A program made the position numbers and the translations under genes. Of a stretch of DNA of 64,000 bases, positions 1 through 11,603 are shown piece by piece. Source of the stretch: an uncultured Clostridia bacterium (lineage in GTDB: Bacteria > Bacillota > Clostridia > TANB77 > CAG-508); the NCBI GenBank assembly GCA_944388035.1, contig CALXHF010000008.1:2927-66926 (forward strand), read 5' to 3'. The notes under the pieces are model-generated. The model was given only the letters and a program-made list of their open reading frames with translations. It was not told the DNA's origin and searched no databases. Position 1 is the stretch's first letter, and each line of letters begins with the position of its first letter.

Positions 1-178
1 CAACTCCATAAATTGTTCCAAGTGTTCTACTTGCAAATAAACCAATAAATAAAACAAATATAATAAACAAATTTGGCATAACTCCTGCAATATTAAACCA
101 AGTAAAGAAGTTTGATTGAAGATAATATATAATTAATGCTACTAAAATTAAAACTATATTAATTACTAGTTTTTTCAA
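1..178 (-). CDS. mreD: Rod shape-determining protein MreD (5' part; runs off the window edge)
   Basis: TTG start after GAGGTG SD; hydrophobic MKKLVINIVLILVALIIYYLQSNFFTWFNIAGVMPNL; directly downstream of mreC. Confidence 0.85.
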   Translation of the reverse strand, partial: MKKLVINIVLILVALIIYYLQSNFFTWFNIAGVMPNLFIIFVLFIGLFASRTLGTIYGV

Positions 179-191
179 TTAATTCACCTCT

Positions 192-1007
192 CTACTTATT
201 TGTTATTACAAGTACTGTGTTTAATTTATCAAAATCTACTGCTGTATCTATTAAAGCATATCTATCTGTTATGTTTTGTGTATTTTCAACTTTTCTAACA
301 GTTCCTACATGTATTCCTTTTGGATAAATTCCTCCTAACCCTGATGTTTCTATACTATCTCCTTGTATTACATTTGCATCTGTTGGTATATACATACCTT
401 TTAATGTCTTGTTATCTTCTAATGTTCCTTTACATACAATGCTATCACTGTTTGTACTCATTATACAACTAATTGAACTTGCAGTATCTATTATTGTTTG
501 TACTTTTGCTGTGTTAGTAGTAACTGAAACAACATGTCCTACTAAACCTTGGTCTCCTATTACTGTCATATTTACCTGAACACCATCATCACTTCCAACA
601 TTTATTACTATTGTTTTTGAATAGTTACTAATATCTTTATTTATTACATATCCTGGTATTGTAGTATATTCTCCATATTTTTCACTTAAATTTAAATATT
701 CTTGCAAAGTTTCATTTTGTGTTTTTATATTTTCGAGTTCTCTTAAAGATTGCTCTAATTCACTATTTCTTTGCTTTAATTCTTCGTTCTCTTGTTTTAA
801 ATTATTTATATCTGTAAAAAATGTGCTATTACCACTTAATTTGTTTTTTAAATATGTTAGACCATTTTGTATAGGCATAACTAAATTAGTTGCAGCATTT
901 TCAAAAAAGCTTGTATTCTTTTCGCCATTTGAAAATATCACAACTAATATTAAAATTATAATAGTAATAATTATTCCTATAATTCCACCTTTTTTATTTC
1001 TGTACAT
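192..1007 (-). CDS. mreC: Rod shape-determining protein MreC
   Basis: N-terminal TM helix, coiled coil, GSDDGV...GLVG and TSGLGGIYPKGI motifs; mreBCD order. Confidence 0.95.
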   Translation of the reverse strand: MYRNKKGGIIGIIITIIILILVVIFSNGEKNTSFFENAATNLVMPIQNGLTYLKNKLSGNSTFFTDINNLKQENEELKQRNSELEQSLRELENIKTQNETLQEYLNLSEKYGEYTTIPGYVINKDISNYSKTIVINVGSDDGVQVNMTVIGDQGLVGHVVSVTTNTAKVQTIIDTASSISCIMSTNSDSIVCKGTLEDNKTLKGMYIPTDANVIQGDSIETSGLGGIYPKGIHVGTVRKVENTQNITDRYALIDTAVDFDKLNTVLVITNK

Positions 1008-1024
1008 TTTTTACTCCTAACTTT

Positions 1025-2072
<1,048 letters not shown>

Positions 2073-2077
2073 CTATT

Positions 2078-2788
2078 TTATAATTCTATCCTTCCTTCTG
2101 TTGTAAACATACCTACATAATTCATATTTCCAATAATAATATGGTCTACCATAATCAGCCCTAATTTATTTGCTATTTCAAATAAACCGTTTGTATAAAT
2201 TATATCTGCTTTACTAGGTGTTGAATCTCCGCTTGGATGATTATGTACTAATATAAATTTTGGTTCTTTCATTTGTATTGGTTCTGATAATATATCTTTC
2301 ATAGGAATATTTGTATAATCAATTCCACCACTTGCAACATCTTTCATTTTTACTATTTCATTTTTTGCATTTAAAATTATAACTTTTACAACTTCTTCTT
2401 TTTTATAGCACATAGTACTCATTAACATTTTAGCTAATTCTTGTGAATCGTTTATGACCTTTTTATTATAATTTGATGTTCTAAACATCCTTTTTGCTAT
2501 TTCTCCTACTGCTTTTAATTGTATTGCTTTTACTTTTCCAATACCTTTTTGCTCCATTAAGTCTTTTATTGTTAGCCTTTGTAAAAACTTTAAATTTTCT
2601 TCTTCTGTATCATTTAGACTAAGTAGCCTTTGTGCTAATTGTACTGAAGTTTCTTCTTTTGTTCCTGTTTTTATTATTATTGCTAATAATTCTGCATCTG
2701 ATAATGCTTTTTCACCATATAGTTCTAATTTTTCATATGGTCTTTCTAATTCTGGTAATTCTTTAATTTTCATAGACAAAATAATCAT
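2078..2788 (-). CDS. radC: RadC family JAB-domain protein
   Basis: ERPYEKL...LSDAELLAII and HNHPSGD...DHII motifs; upstream of mreB. Confidence 0.92.
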   Translation of the reverse strand: MIILSMKIKELPELERPYEKLELYGEKALSDAELLAIIIKTGTKEETSVQLAQRLLSLNDTEEENLKFLQRLTIKDLMEQKGIGKVKAIQLKAVGEIAKRMFRTSNYNKKVINDSQELAKMLMSTMCYKKEEVVKVIILNAKNEIVKMKDVASGGIDYTNIPMKDILSEPIQMKEPKFILVHNHPSGDSTPSKADIIYTNGLFEIANKLGLIMVDHIIIGNMNYVGMFTTEGRIEL

Positions 2789-2833
2789 TCCTTTCAGTTT
2801 GTTTTATTTTGCCCCTATTTTATTTTTATATCC

Positions 2834-3091
2834 CTATATTTTTTTGTATATAAAGATTGCTAGTACCATTCCTATTATACTTGATATATTTATTTTAAAT
2901 GTTAAACCAAATGTTAATTGAATCACACTTAAATCAAGTGTAAGTGGCTGACTTAAACCAAAGCTTTCTCCATAAGATAACCACCAAAGCCAATCAACTT
3001 GTGATGCTAATTCTCCTAGTAAACCTCCTATTACTATTCCTGACAATATAAATACTAATAATATCCATACATTTTTTTCTTTTGTTGCCAT
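2834..3091 (-). CDS. Small membrane protein (DUF4321-like)
   Basis: 85 aa, hydrophobic, LDLSVIQLTFGLTFKINISSIIG. Confidence 0.7.
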   Translation of the reverse strand: MATKEKNVWILLVFILSGIVIGGLLGELASQVDWLWWLSYGESFGLSQPLTLDLSVIQLTFGLTFKINISSIIGMVLAIFIYKKI

Positions 3092-3272
3092 TTTTCTTAT
3101 CCCTCCAAAATTCTTTTATCCTTACGGATATTTTATTTTTACTACAAAGTATTATATATTGTATTGGCAAATTTTTCAAGTAAATTAAGTTATTTTTTTC
3201 TTTATTTTTTTATTATAAAAAGACACAACCTTTATTGTGTCCTTTTCTTTTTTATTATATTTTTATTTTCTT

Positions 3273-5222
3273 TTACCATTCATGCCAAATATTTACTTTA
3301 GAACCTATTGGCACATTATCATATAAATATTTAGCATAGTCATATGTTAATCTTGGGCATCCATTTGATTCATATGATTGTCCAGCTAATTCATAACCAT
3401 CGTGGAAACCTTGTCCATTGTCATAATTTCCTTGCCAATCATCTATATAACATACAAACCAATAATTTCCTTCTCCAGTATCCGCATTTTTATGTGTTAC
3501 TACAAAGTTCAATTCTGGATTTCCGTTCATATCTGCCAATCCTGTATGACTCATACCGTTAGTTCCTAAATATCCCATTGTTGCATTAAAACATCCATCT
3601 ATTTTCCACTTATTACCTTCTTTGCATAATAATGTTGTTCTAAATCTTCTTACATCAACTGCTATAAACCAATCTGTATCACTACCTATTCTATTTGCTC
3701 TATCCAAAACAGATTGTAAATAATCTTTATCTGTTCTGTAGTCATCTCCCCAGGCTGTTGCTGTCATATCATCTTCTACTTCTATATATTGTGTTTCTAA
3801 TAATTTCCATGATTGTGATTTTGAATTGCTTTTTGCATTTTGTAATATATTTGCTCCTTTTTCTGAACTTTCATTTTCTATATCCATATATTTCCCAGAA
3901 TTCAAATTTTTAAACGCAACATATCCTCCATCTCTTATTTCTGGTATCCACCTTTGACAGTCTGAATTATTATCTTCCCATTGACGTATATTTGCTTTAT
4001 CTTCTAAACTTCCGTTTTCAACATCAAATGCTAAATTATGCATTGTGTATATCACATATCCATTATCTTTTTTTACTAACCTAAACTTTTGTCCATTTTG
4101 ATTTGTTCTATCCCATGTATGTATATTTGTCCCTAAATCAGCAGCAGAGTTATCTAAATCAACATATTTTCCTAAAGCACTTCGAATTTCGTATACACCA
4201 TCTTTTAATAAATCTTTTTCAATTAAGATAAAACTTTGTGCCGATGTACCATCTTTTGGTGCTACTATAATCTTTGCTCTTTCTTCATTTGAATTATTTT
4301 CTATAGTCATACATAAGTTACTTTCTTTATTTACCAATACTATTCCGTTATTCCACTCTACTTTCCAAGTATCACTATCACTAGCTTGTGTACTACTATT
4401 TCCTGATTGTATTACCTTTGCTCCACTCTTTTTACTTTCTTCTTTTAACCAACCACCAGATACTCCTGTTCTTATTCTTATTTCATTTTCGCCGACTTTT
4501 TGTACTTCAAATTTTTGAGATAAACTTCCATTGTTACCAAAAAGTTGTGCCCCTATTCCATCTTCTGAACTTCCATTTGGTATATCTATGCTTAAATTTT
4601 TATTATCTGCTTTTCTTATTTCTGTAATGCCTTCTTCTATAAACTCTGTTTTCTCTAACTTAAATCTTTGAGAAAAAGTATTTGTATATGTATATTGTTG
4701 TATATTAGTTCCTTCTTGCATTATTCCATTTTCTACATCTAAAGCTAGTCCAGAACATTCTGATATAAAATTATATGTTCCGTCTATATTTTTGCGTATT
4801 TTCCACCTTTGTGCTGATGTATCATTACTTTTATATTGCTGAATTTTTATTCCAACTTTTTTAGATCCATCTGGCACATCTAATACTTTTGTAGATTGTA
4901 CATTACTTATTTTATAATATCCATTTCCCACATATTCTATATAGAATTTTTGATTTTTATTGTTATTCTTTGTCCACAACTGTAAGCTTGCTCCATCATC
5001 TAATGAAGCATCTTTTATATCAAATACACAATTACTATCTTGATAAGAACTTATAAAATATACGCCATCTTCTACAACTCTTGACATATATATTTTTCCA
5101 AATTGTACTTCTGAGTATGATGCATATGTCTTTACAATACACAAAAAGATTAGAAAAAAAACTAAAATCATTGTTTTAAATAATAGTTTAAAATATTTTT
5201 TATTTTTAATCAAAATTTCCAC
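3273..5222 (-). CDS. Secreted protein with ricin-type beta-trefoil repeats and a C-terminal L,D-transpeptidase-like domain
   Basis: Signal peptide, repeated QxW/QKF ricin motifs, C-terminal GFHD...SNGCPRL. Confidence 0.8.
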   Translation of the reverse strand: MEILIKNKKYFKLLFKTMILVFFLIFLCIVKTYASYSEVQFGKIYMSRVVEDGVYFISSYQDSNCVFDIKDASLDDGASLQLWTKNNNKNQKFYIEYVGNGYYKISNVQSTKVLDVPDGSKKVGIKIQQYKSNDTSAQRWKIRKNIDGTYNFISECSGLALDVENGIMQEGTNIQQYTYTNTFSQRFKLEKTEFIEEGITEIRKADNKNLSIDIPNGSSEDGIGAQLFGNNGSLSQKFEVQKVGENEIRIRTGVSGGWLKEESKKSGAKVIQSGNSSTQASDSDTWKVEWNNGIVLVNKESNLCMTIENNSNEERAKIIVAPKDGTSAQSFILIEKDLLKDGVYEIRSALGKYVDLDNSAADLGTNIHTWDRTNQNGQKFRLVKKDNGYVIYTMHNLAFDVENGSLEDKANIRQWEDNNSDCQRWIPEIRDGGYVAFKNLNSGKYMDIENESSEKGANILQNAKSNSKSQSWKLLETQYIEVEDDMTATAWGDDYRTDKDYLQSVLDRANRIGSDTDWFIAVDVRRFRTTLLCKEGNKWKIDGCFNATMGYLGTNGMSHTGLADMNGNPELNFVVTHKNADTGEGNYWFVCYIDDWQGNYDNGQGFHDGYELAGQSYESNGCPRLTYDYAKYLYDNVPIGSKVNIWHEW

Positions 5223-5393
5223 CTCTTATTACTATTATATATTATTTAAGTTTTTTTTCAATAATTTTAATGTATTTGTAATATATTTGTAATATTATTT
5301 TTGTAAATTTAATTGCCAAAATTTATATATTTAAATATAATAATATTAGTAGTATAATTAAATTAATAGTTATTTTAGGAGGTATCTCGCCAT

Positions 5394-6008
5394 ATGAAAA
5401 TCGAAAAGTTGACAGAAGATAAAATAAGAATTATATTTGATTCTTCTGACTTAAAAGCAAAAAATATAGATTTAAAATCTTTAATGACTAAAAATTTAGA
5501 ACGTCAAGATTTTTTTAATATTATTCTAGAAAAAGCTAAAAATGAAGTTGGTTTTAATACAGATGGCTGTAAGTTATTAATTGAAGCTTTTACTACACCT
5601 GATAATGTTTTTGTTTTTACAATCACAAGATATTTACCAAATAATATTTCTAATAAGAAACTTACTGTAAAAAGAAAGTCTTTAAATAGAACTAATAAAC
5701 AAGCTTTATATAGATGTAATAATTTTGATACTTTTTGTGATTTTTGTAAATACTTAAATAGTGAATATAAATATAATTTAAGACTTTTATCAAAAAATAC
5801 TTATCTATATTTATATAATGATACATATTACTTTTTTATGAAAAATATTATATCTGACGAATTTGCTATTAAAAGTTTTTACTCAATTGCTTCTGAGTTT
5901 TTAACTCCACTTCATTATTCTAATAGTTTTGAGAGCAAATTGTTAGAATATGGGAAAGTAATTATTAAAGGTAATGCTATTATGACTGGAATTAAATATT
6001 TTTGTTAA
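5394..6008 (+). CDS. mecA: Adaptor protein MecA
   Basis: MKIEKLTEDKIRI start; C-terminal LLEYGKVIIKGNAI; GGAGG SD. Confidence 0.8.
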   Translation: MKIEKLTEDKIRIIFDSSDLKAKNIDLKSLMTKNLERQDFFNIILEKAKNEVGFNTDGCKLLIEAFTTPDNVFVFTITRYLPNNISNKKLTVKRKSLNRTNKQALYRCNNFDTFCDFCKYLNSEYKYNLRLLSKNTYLYLYNDTYYFFMKNIISDEFAIKSFYSIASEFLTPLHYSNSFESKLLEYGKVIIKGNAIMTGIKYFC

Positions 6009-6199
6009 TTATTAAGAACTCTAATAATATACAATTAGAGTTCTTATTTTATTATTTATTTTTATAACAGCAAATATAAGTTAATAGTAATTCTAAATTG
6101 ACAATTTTTTAAAAATTAACAAAATAAAAAACAAAAAATATTTAAAAAATAAATTAATAAAAAGCTTTATACTAAAACTCTAGCATAAAACTTTTTATT

Positions 6200-6976
6200 T
6201 TATCCATTTAGTTTTCTTTTTTGAACTTTATAAGCTACCTTAGAAACCAAACTTGCTGGAAATATTTTAGCACCAAACCTTCCTAGTTCTGTATCTAGAC
6301 CTGGCACTATATAAAACTTTCCTTTTTCCATTTTTTTAATTGCATATTTGGCTACATTAAAACTATTTGCTTCTCTTAACTTAAACTTCACATTTGCAAC
6401 TTTATTAAAATTAGTCTCAACAGGTCCTGGGCATAATATACTTATTTGTATTTTAGAATTTTCTTTTTTTAATTCTTCTCTTACTGCTTCTGATAATCTA
6501 ACAATATAATTTTTAGTAGCATAATAAGTTGCCATCAGTGGTCCTGGCATAAAACCCGCAATTGATGCTACATTTAATATTTTGCCACTATTTTTTTCTT
6601 TCATTTGCTTTAAGTATTGTTTCATTAATATATGATATGCTATTATATTTGTTTTTATCATTTTAATTTCTTTGTTTAAGTCTGTTTTAGTAAACTCTCC
6701 ACAATCACCAAAGCCCGCATTATTTATTAATATATCTATATCTTTTACTTTTTCACAAAGAGCTATACAATTTTCTTCTACCGATAAATCTAAAGATATT
6801 ATTTCTATTTTATTTCCTAAATTTTCTTTTTCTAATTCTTTTTTTACTAAGCTTAGTTTTTCCTCATCTCTTGCTACTAATATTAAATCATATTTTTTCT
6901 TATTTAATATTTTTGCCATGTCTTTCCCTATTCCTGAAGATGCTCCTGTTAATAATACTCTCATATTTTTCACCAC
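6200..6976 (-). CDS. Short-chain dehydrogenase/reductase
   Basis: TGASSGIG, NNAGFG, YYATK motifs. Confidence 0.9.
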   Translation of the reverse strand: MVKNMRVLLTGASSGIGKDMAKILNKKKYDLILVARDEEKLSLVKKELEKENLGNKIEIISLDLSVEENCIALCEKVKDIDILINNAGFGDCGEFTKTDLNKEIKMIKTNIIAYHILMKQYLKQMKEKNSGKILNVASIAGFMPGPLMATYYATKNYIVRLSEAVREELKKENSKIQISILCPGPVETNFNKVANVKFKLREANSFNVAKYAIKKMEKGKFYIVPGLDTELGRFGAKIFPASLVSKVAYKVQKRKLNG

Positions 6977-7221
6977 CTATTTTTATGATTTCTAATTTTA
7001 TAATTTTTATAACTTTTTTTCAAGTATCTTTTGAACAAATATAAATAAGTAACTTAGCTTCACATTTTAATAATATTGATACTATTAGTATTATATAATT
7101 TAGTAATATTTTTCAATTATTTTTATTATCAAATTAACTTAAACACTTGAAATATGGTACTTTCAAATATCTTAAAAGTTTAATTTTTATATTTTATAAT
7201 GTTTACCAAGGAGTATAAGCT

Positions 7222-7428
7222 ATGGTTCATTTTAATATTGAAAAATTATTAAAACAGAAAAACAAATCTAAATATTGGTTATGTCAAAACATGAACATAA
7301 CTTCTAGAAATCTAAACAGAGTAATTAAAGGTGAAACTTCTTCTATATCTTTTAAATATATAGAAGAACTTTGTAGATATTTAGACTGTACTATTGATGA
7401 ATTAATCGATATTGAAAAAGATGCTTGA
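7222..7428 (+). CDS. Xre/Cro-type HTH regulator
   Basis: 68 aa HTH, LCRYLDCTIDELI. Confidence 0.8.
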   Translation: MVHFNIEKLLKQKNKSKYWLCQNMNITSRNLNRVIKGETSSISFKYIEELCRYLDCTIDELIDIEKDA

Positions 7429-7514
7429 GACAAAAAGGGGACGGGGTAATTTTTTCTCACTTTTCCATTTATTTCCAAAACGAGAATTTTTTGCCCCGTC
7501 CCCTTTTTTCTCAA
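7425..7514. repeat. GC-rich 25-bp imperfect inverted repeat between convergent genes (bidirectional terminator or REP-like element)
   Basis: TTGAGACAAAAAGGGGACGGGGTAA ... TTGCCCCGTCCCCTTTTTTCTCAA, two mismatches. Confidence 0.75.
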
Positions 7515-8182
7515 ATATGTTTTTTAATTTCATTGTATATTTCTTCGTGTATATCTTCTATTGTTCTTATTTTATCTTCTTTTACACATTTAATTTCATA
7601 CCAGTTATATTTTTTTGAAACATAACAAGCTGCATTATATGCATCTATTAAATGGTTTTTATCTCTTTCGTGTATATCTTTTTTCTCTGTATGTGTGAAT
7701 TTATTCTCTCTATCTTTTATTAATTCTAAAGATTTTTCAACTGGCATATTTAAAAAAAATACTTCTGTTGGTATTGGAAGTCTATATAAATTAAATTCAA
7801 AATCCCAAAGCCAATTTAAAAATTTTTCTCTTTCTTCTTTATCTTGTATTTTTCCTGCTTGGTGTACCATATTTGCTGTTGTATATCTGTCAGCTAAAAT
7901 AATTCCGCCTTTTTCATAATAATCTTTATATTCCGTAATATATGTTGCATATCTATCTCCTGCATAAAATGTAGAAGCAATATAAGGGCTTACATCTTTA
8001 GCATTTTCTCCAAATTCTCCAGATAAATACATTTTAACCAAACCAGAACTTGGACTATCATAGTTTGGAAAACTTACTACTCTAAAATCTACTCCATCTT
8101 CTTTTAACCTTTCTTGTAATTTATTAAATTGTGTTTGTTTTCCACTTCCATCTGTTCCATCTATTACAAATAACTTTCCCAT
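7511..8182 (-). CDS. tmk: Thymidylate kinase
   Basis: IDGTDGSGKQTQ P-loop; ADRY motif. Confidence 0.88.
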   Translation of the reverse strand: MGKLFVIDGTDGSGKQTQFNKLQERLKEDGVDFRVVSFPNYDSPSSGLVKMYLSGEFGENAKDVSPYIASTFYAGDRYATYITEYKDYYEKGGIILADRYTTANMVHQAGKIQDKEEREKFLNWLWDFEFNLYRLPIPTEVFFLNMPVEKSLELIKDRENKFTHTEKKDIHERDKNHLIDAYNAACYVSKKYNWYEIKCVKEDKIRTIEDIHEEIYNEIKKHI

Positions 8183-8233
8183 TTCTTATTCTCCTTTTTC
8201 TTTTTTACATTATTTTTATCTTTTCTTAATTTA

Positions 8234-8374
8234 TTACTTATTTTCTTCTTTATTATTTTCTTCGTTTTCTTCTGATTCTTCTTTATTTTTTCTATTTTTC
8301 TCAAGCATTTTATTAATAGAATTTAATATATCATCTGAATTTTCATCAAAATCATCTCTTATTAAATTAAACAT
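8234..8374 (-). CDS. 46-aa acidic hypothetical protein, not in the ORF track
   Basis: AAGGAG SD then MFNLIRDDFDENSDDILNSINKMLEKNRKNKEESEENEENNKEENK; upstream of tmk on the same strand. Confidence 0.5.
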   Translation of the reverse strand: MFNLIRDDFDENSDDILNSINKMLEKNRKNKEESEENEENNKEENK

Positions 8375-8550
8375 TTTTCTTCTCTCCTTTTTTCTTCTAC
8401 TTCTTTATCTTTTTAGCTTTATTATTTTCTTTTTATTTTTCCATGTTCATTATACTATTTATAATTTTTTAGTCAATAGAAAACAAAAAATATAAATAAA
8501 GAAAAATAAAAAATAAAAAGTTATTTTATTATAACTTTTTACTTTTCATA

Positions 8551-8748
8551 TTACATAAATTCTTTTCTACTTAAACCTGTTATCTTTTCTATTAATTCTA
8601 CATCTATATTTTCTTTAAACATATTTTGTGCTGTTTTTATAATTCCTAATCTTTTACCTCTCTTTTCTCCTCGTCTTTCTCCCTTCTTTTCGCTTCTAAT
8701 AAGTGTTTTTCTTCTATCTTCTCTTAAAGCATACATCGATTCCAACAT
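8551..8748 (-). CDS. Stand-alone copy of the Rpn C-terminal domain (RpnS-like antitoxin candidate)
   Basis: Near-identical DNA to 8784..9005 except a 24-bp indel; own GAAGGAG SD before ATG 8748. Confidence 0.7.
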   Translation of the reverse strand: MLESMYALREDRRKTLIRSEKKGERRGEKRGKRLGIIKTAQNMFKENIDVELIEKITGLSRKEFM

Positions 8749-8783
8749 ATTTTTCATCTCCTTCTTTTAATTAATTTCGACTA

Positions 8784-9773
8784 TTACATAAATTCTTTTC
8801 TACTTAAACCTGTTATCTTTTCTATTAATTCTACATCTATATTTTCTTTAAACATATTTTGTGCTGTTTCTATAATTCCTAATCTTTTACCTCTTTTTTC
8901 TCCTATTTTTTCTCCTCTCTTTTCTCCTCGTCTTTCTCCCTTCTTTTCACTTCTAATAAGTGTTTTTCTTCTATCTTCTCTTAAAGCATACATCGATTCC
9001 AACATATCTTTTTTACCTCCTTCTTTTAAGATTTTAATATATTTTTCAGATGTTTCTTTTCCTAAATCTTTTACAAGTACATATCTTAATATGCCAATCA
9101 TAATTCCAATTTCATTTTCTTTAGTTCTTTTTATTATTTCATTTAAAACATCGAATAATTCATTTTCTTTCCTTACCTTTTCTATTAATAGAACCTTACT
9201 TAATAACGTTCCATCTTCTAAGAGTTCTTCTTTTGTATAATTATTTATATCAATAATATTATACTCACCTATTCCAAGATAATTTTCATTTGGTTTAATT
9301 TTATATCCAAACTGTTCTTGTATTTCCAATATACTTTGTGGTACTCTCCACCTTCCAACACCTGTATATATTACAATTGCTATTATTTTTGCTTGGAATT
9401 TTCCTTTATAATTTCTCTTCATAAAACTATGGTTCATTACTTGCATTTCATAATTTAATATTCTAAATGGCATATTAGAATCATTTTTTGATTGATTTTC
9501 TATTAAGAAATAAATTTCTTTCCCTTTTAATTTGTATAAAATATCTACTTGTTTTCCTCTATAGTCTTCTGTTAGAAATTCATTTCTTACTGTTTCTATA
9601 TCTAACTTTTGATATTGCCCTAAATCTACAGCTTTTCTTACCGCACCTTCTACCTCTTTTGGTATTTCTAATATTTTTTTTAATAATTTATCATGTTCAT
9701 TTTTTATATATTGTTCTTCATTTTGTGTAACATTATATGTAATATCTTTTTCTGTACAAACTTTTATCCTAAT
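8784..9773 (-). CDS. Rpn/YhgA-like PD-(D/E)XK nuclease family protein; frame is open well upstream of the called ATG
   Basis: Upstream extension encodes EHDKLLKKIL...VDILY...YFLIENQS before MPFRILNY; AAGGAGG SD followed by ATT AGG ATA, with no ATG. Confidence 0.8.
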   Translation of the reverse strand: MRIKVCTEKDITYNVTQNEEQYIKNEHDKLLKKILEIPKEVEGAVRKAVDLGQYQKLDIETVRNEFLTEDYRGKQVDILYKLKGKEIYFLIENQSKNDSNMPFRILNYEMQVMNHSFMKRNYKGKFQAKIIAIVIYTGVGRWRVPQSILEIQEQFGYKIKPNENYLGIGEYNIIDINNYTKEELLEDGTLLSKVLLIEKVRKENELFDVLNEIIKRTKENEIGIMIGILRYVLVKDLGKETSEKYIKILKEGGKKDMLESMYALREDRRKTLIRSEKKGERRGEKRGEKIGEKRGKRLGIIETAQNMFKENIDVELIEKITGLSRKEFM

Positions 9774-9972
9774 CTCCTCCTTTATTATATTTTATATTTA
9801 TTATTAAAACAACTTTTATTTTTTAGTAAAAGTTATTGTTTTTATATAATTTTCTCTTTTTTTCTCACTTAATCTTTTACTTTTGTATTTTGCTTTTGTT
9901 TTTACTTTTTTTATTTGTTTGTGGACTTTTATTATTTTTTGTTATAAACTATTTATATAAAAACTAGAAAGG

Positions 9973-11190
9973 ATGAATATATATATGGAAAATTCTTTTA
10001 AAGAATATGCAATTAATAAAAATAACCCTAAATGGAAAAATGTAATTTCAAGAATTACACCTTTAGAAACTAAACCCACTGATATAAGAACACCTTTTGA
10101 TAGAGATTACACAAGAATTATTCACTCAAATGCTTATAGAAGGTTAAAACATAAAACACAAGTATTCTTTTCACCAGAAAATGACCACATTTGTACTAGG
10201 AGTGAACACGTAACACACGTAGAATCAATTAGTTATACAATAGCAAAATACTTGGGGCTAAATTTAGAATTAACAAAAGCAATCGCAGTTGCTCACGATT
10301 TAGGACATAGTCCTTTTGGACACGCAGGCGAAAAAATACTTTCAAAAATATCAGAAAGAGATTTAGGAACTAAGTTTTGGCACGAACAAAATGGTCTTAA
10401 CTTTGTTGATAATATTGAGTTATTAGAAGACCATAGTGGTTATAAACAAAATCTAGATTTAACATATGGTGTAAGAGATGGTATTATCTCACACTGTGGA
10501 GAAATTAACGAAAACGTTCTAAAACCAAGAGATGAATTTATAGATTTAAATGATTATAAAAAGCCAAATCAATATGCACCATATACTTGGGAAGCTTGTG
10601 TTGTTAAAATTTCAGATAAAATCTCTTATATAGGTCGTGATATAGAAGATGCTATAACTTTAGGAATATTAGATGAACATTTACAAGAATTATATAATTT
10701 ATTAAATTATGAATCTTCTGAAGTTTTAAATAATAGTACAATAATAAATTACTTTGTTTGTGATTTATGTCAAAATTCTTCTTTTGAAAAAGGTTTATGT
10801 TTTTCTAAAAAAGCTTATGATTTAATGAATAAAATCAAAGATTTTAACTATAAACATATTTATTTTTCTAGAAGAACTATTACTTCTATTAAATATTTTG
10901 AACTTATTATTAATGAGATTTATAATATACTATTTGAGTGTTTTGATAACAAAAATACTTTAAAAAATCTAAAAGTATTAGAAAAATTTTATCCAAAACT
11001 AATTGATGGTTTCTACCATTATTTAGAAAATTATTGTAATTTTTCTAATCGAAATGAATTAAAATTAAAAAATAAACTTGTTTTTGATCTTTCTATTAAA
11101 GAAGATTTTTCAAGAGCAATAATTTCATATATCTCTGGTATGACAGATAATTTTGCAATTGAGATGTATAATGAATTAATTAGGTTTTAA
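9973..11190 (+). CDS. dgt: HD-domain deoxyguanosinetriphosphate triphosphohydrolase-like protein
   Basis: RDYTRIIHS, RRLKHKTQVF, AHDLGHSPFGH, YISGMTD motifs. Confidence 0.9.
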   Translation: MNIYMENSFKEYAINKNNPKWKNVISRITPLETKPTDIRTPFDRDYTRIIHSNAYRRLKHKTQVFFSPENDHICTRSEHVTHVESISYTIAKYLGLNLELTKAIAVAHDLGHSPFGHAGEKILSKISERDLGTKFWHEQNGLNFVDNIELLEDHSGYKQNLDLTYGVRDGIISHCGEINENVLKPRDEFIDLNDYKKPNQYAPYTWEACVVKISDKISYIGRDIEDAITLGILDEHLQELYNLLNYESSEVLNNSTIINYFVCDLCQNSSFEKGLCFSKKAYDLMNKIKDFNYKHIYFSRRTITSIKYFELIINEIYNILFECFDNKNTLKNLKVLEKFYPKLIDGFYHYLENYCNFSNRNELKLKNKLVFDLSIKEDFSRAIISYISGMTDNFAIEMYNELIRF

Positions 11191-11229
11191 ATATGTGGTT
11201 GTTTAAAATAATTTATTTTAGACAACCTT

Positions 11230-11586
11230 TTAATATATATTTTTAAAATGTTTCAATTGATATATACTATTGTTTAAATATATTTTTACCATATCAAACC
11301 TTATTGGTATATCATATAAACCATATTCACGATTATAATATTTTGCTACATATTTTAAATTTTCTTCTTTTTTAACTCCTACTTCTTCCATTAAATCATC
11401 AATTGTATAATATACTCTTAAATCTATAAAAACTAATTCTTTTTTAATTGTGTCATATGCTATTATATCTACTTTTCTTTTTCTATATTTAAAATCTTTT
11501 TCTATAACGAGATAATTACTATTTTCTAGATATTCACAAACTAAATTTGTTGTGACTTCTTCTTTTTCAGTTTTTACTCTTAACAT
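11230..11586 (-). CDS. YraN/UPF0102-like protein (divergent)
   Basis: YLE...VDIIAYD...LVFID...IRFD pattern. Confidence 0.7.
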   Translation of the reverse strand: MLRVKTEKEEVTTNLVCEYLENSNYLVIEKDFKYRKRKVDIIAYDTIKKELVFIDLRVYYTIDDLMEEVGVKKEENLKYVAKYYNREYGLYDIPIRFDMVKIYLNNSIYQLKHFKNIY

Positions 11587-11603
11587 TTTACCTCTCTTTC
11601 TTT

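Noticed and set aside
9765-9773. AGG at the expected start position, suggesting AGG-to-Met reassignment
   Set aside because: AGG encodes conserved Arg elsewhere (mreB VRPMKDG, dGTPase RRLKHK)
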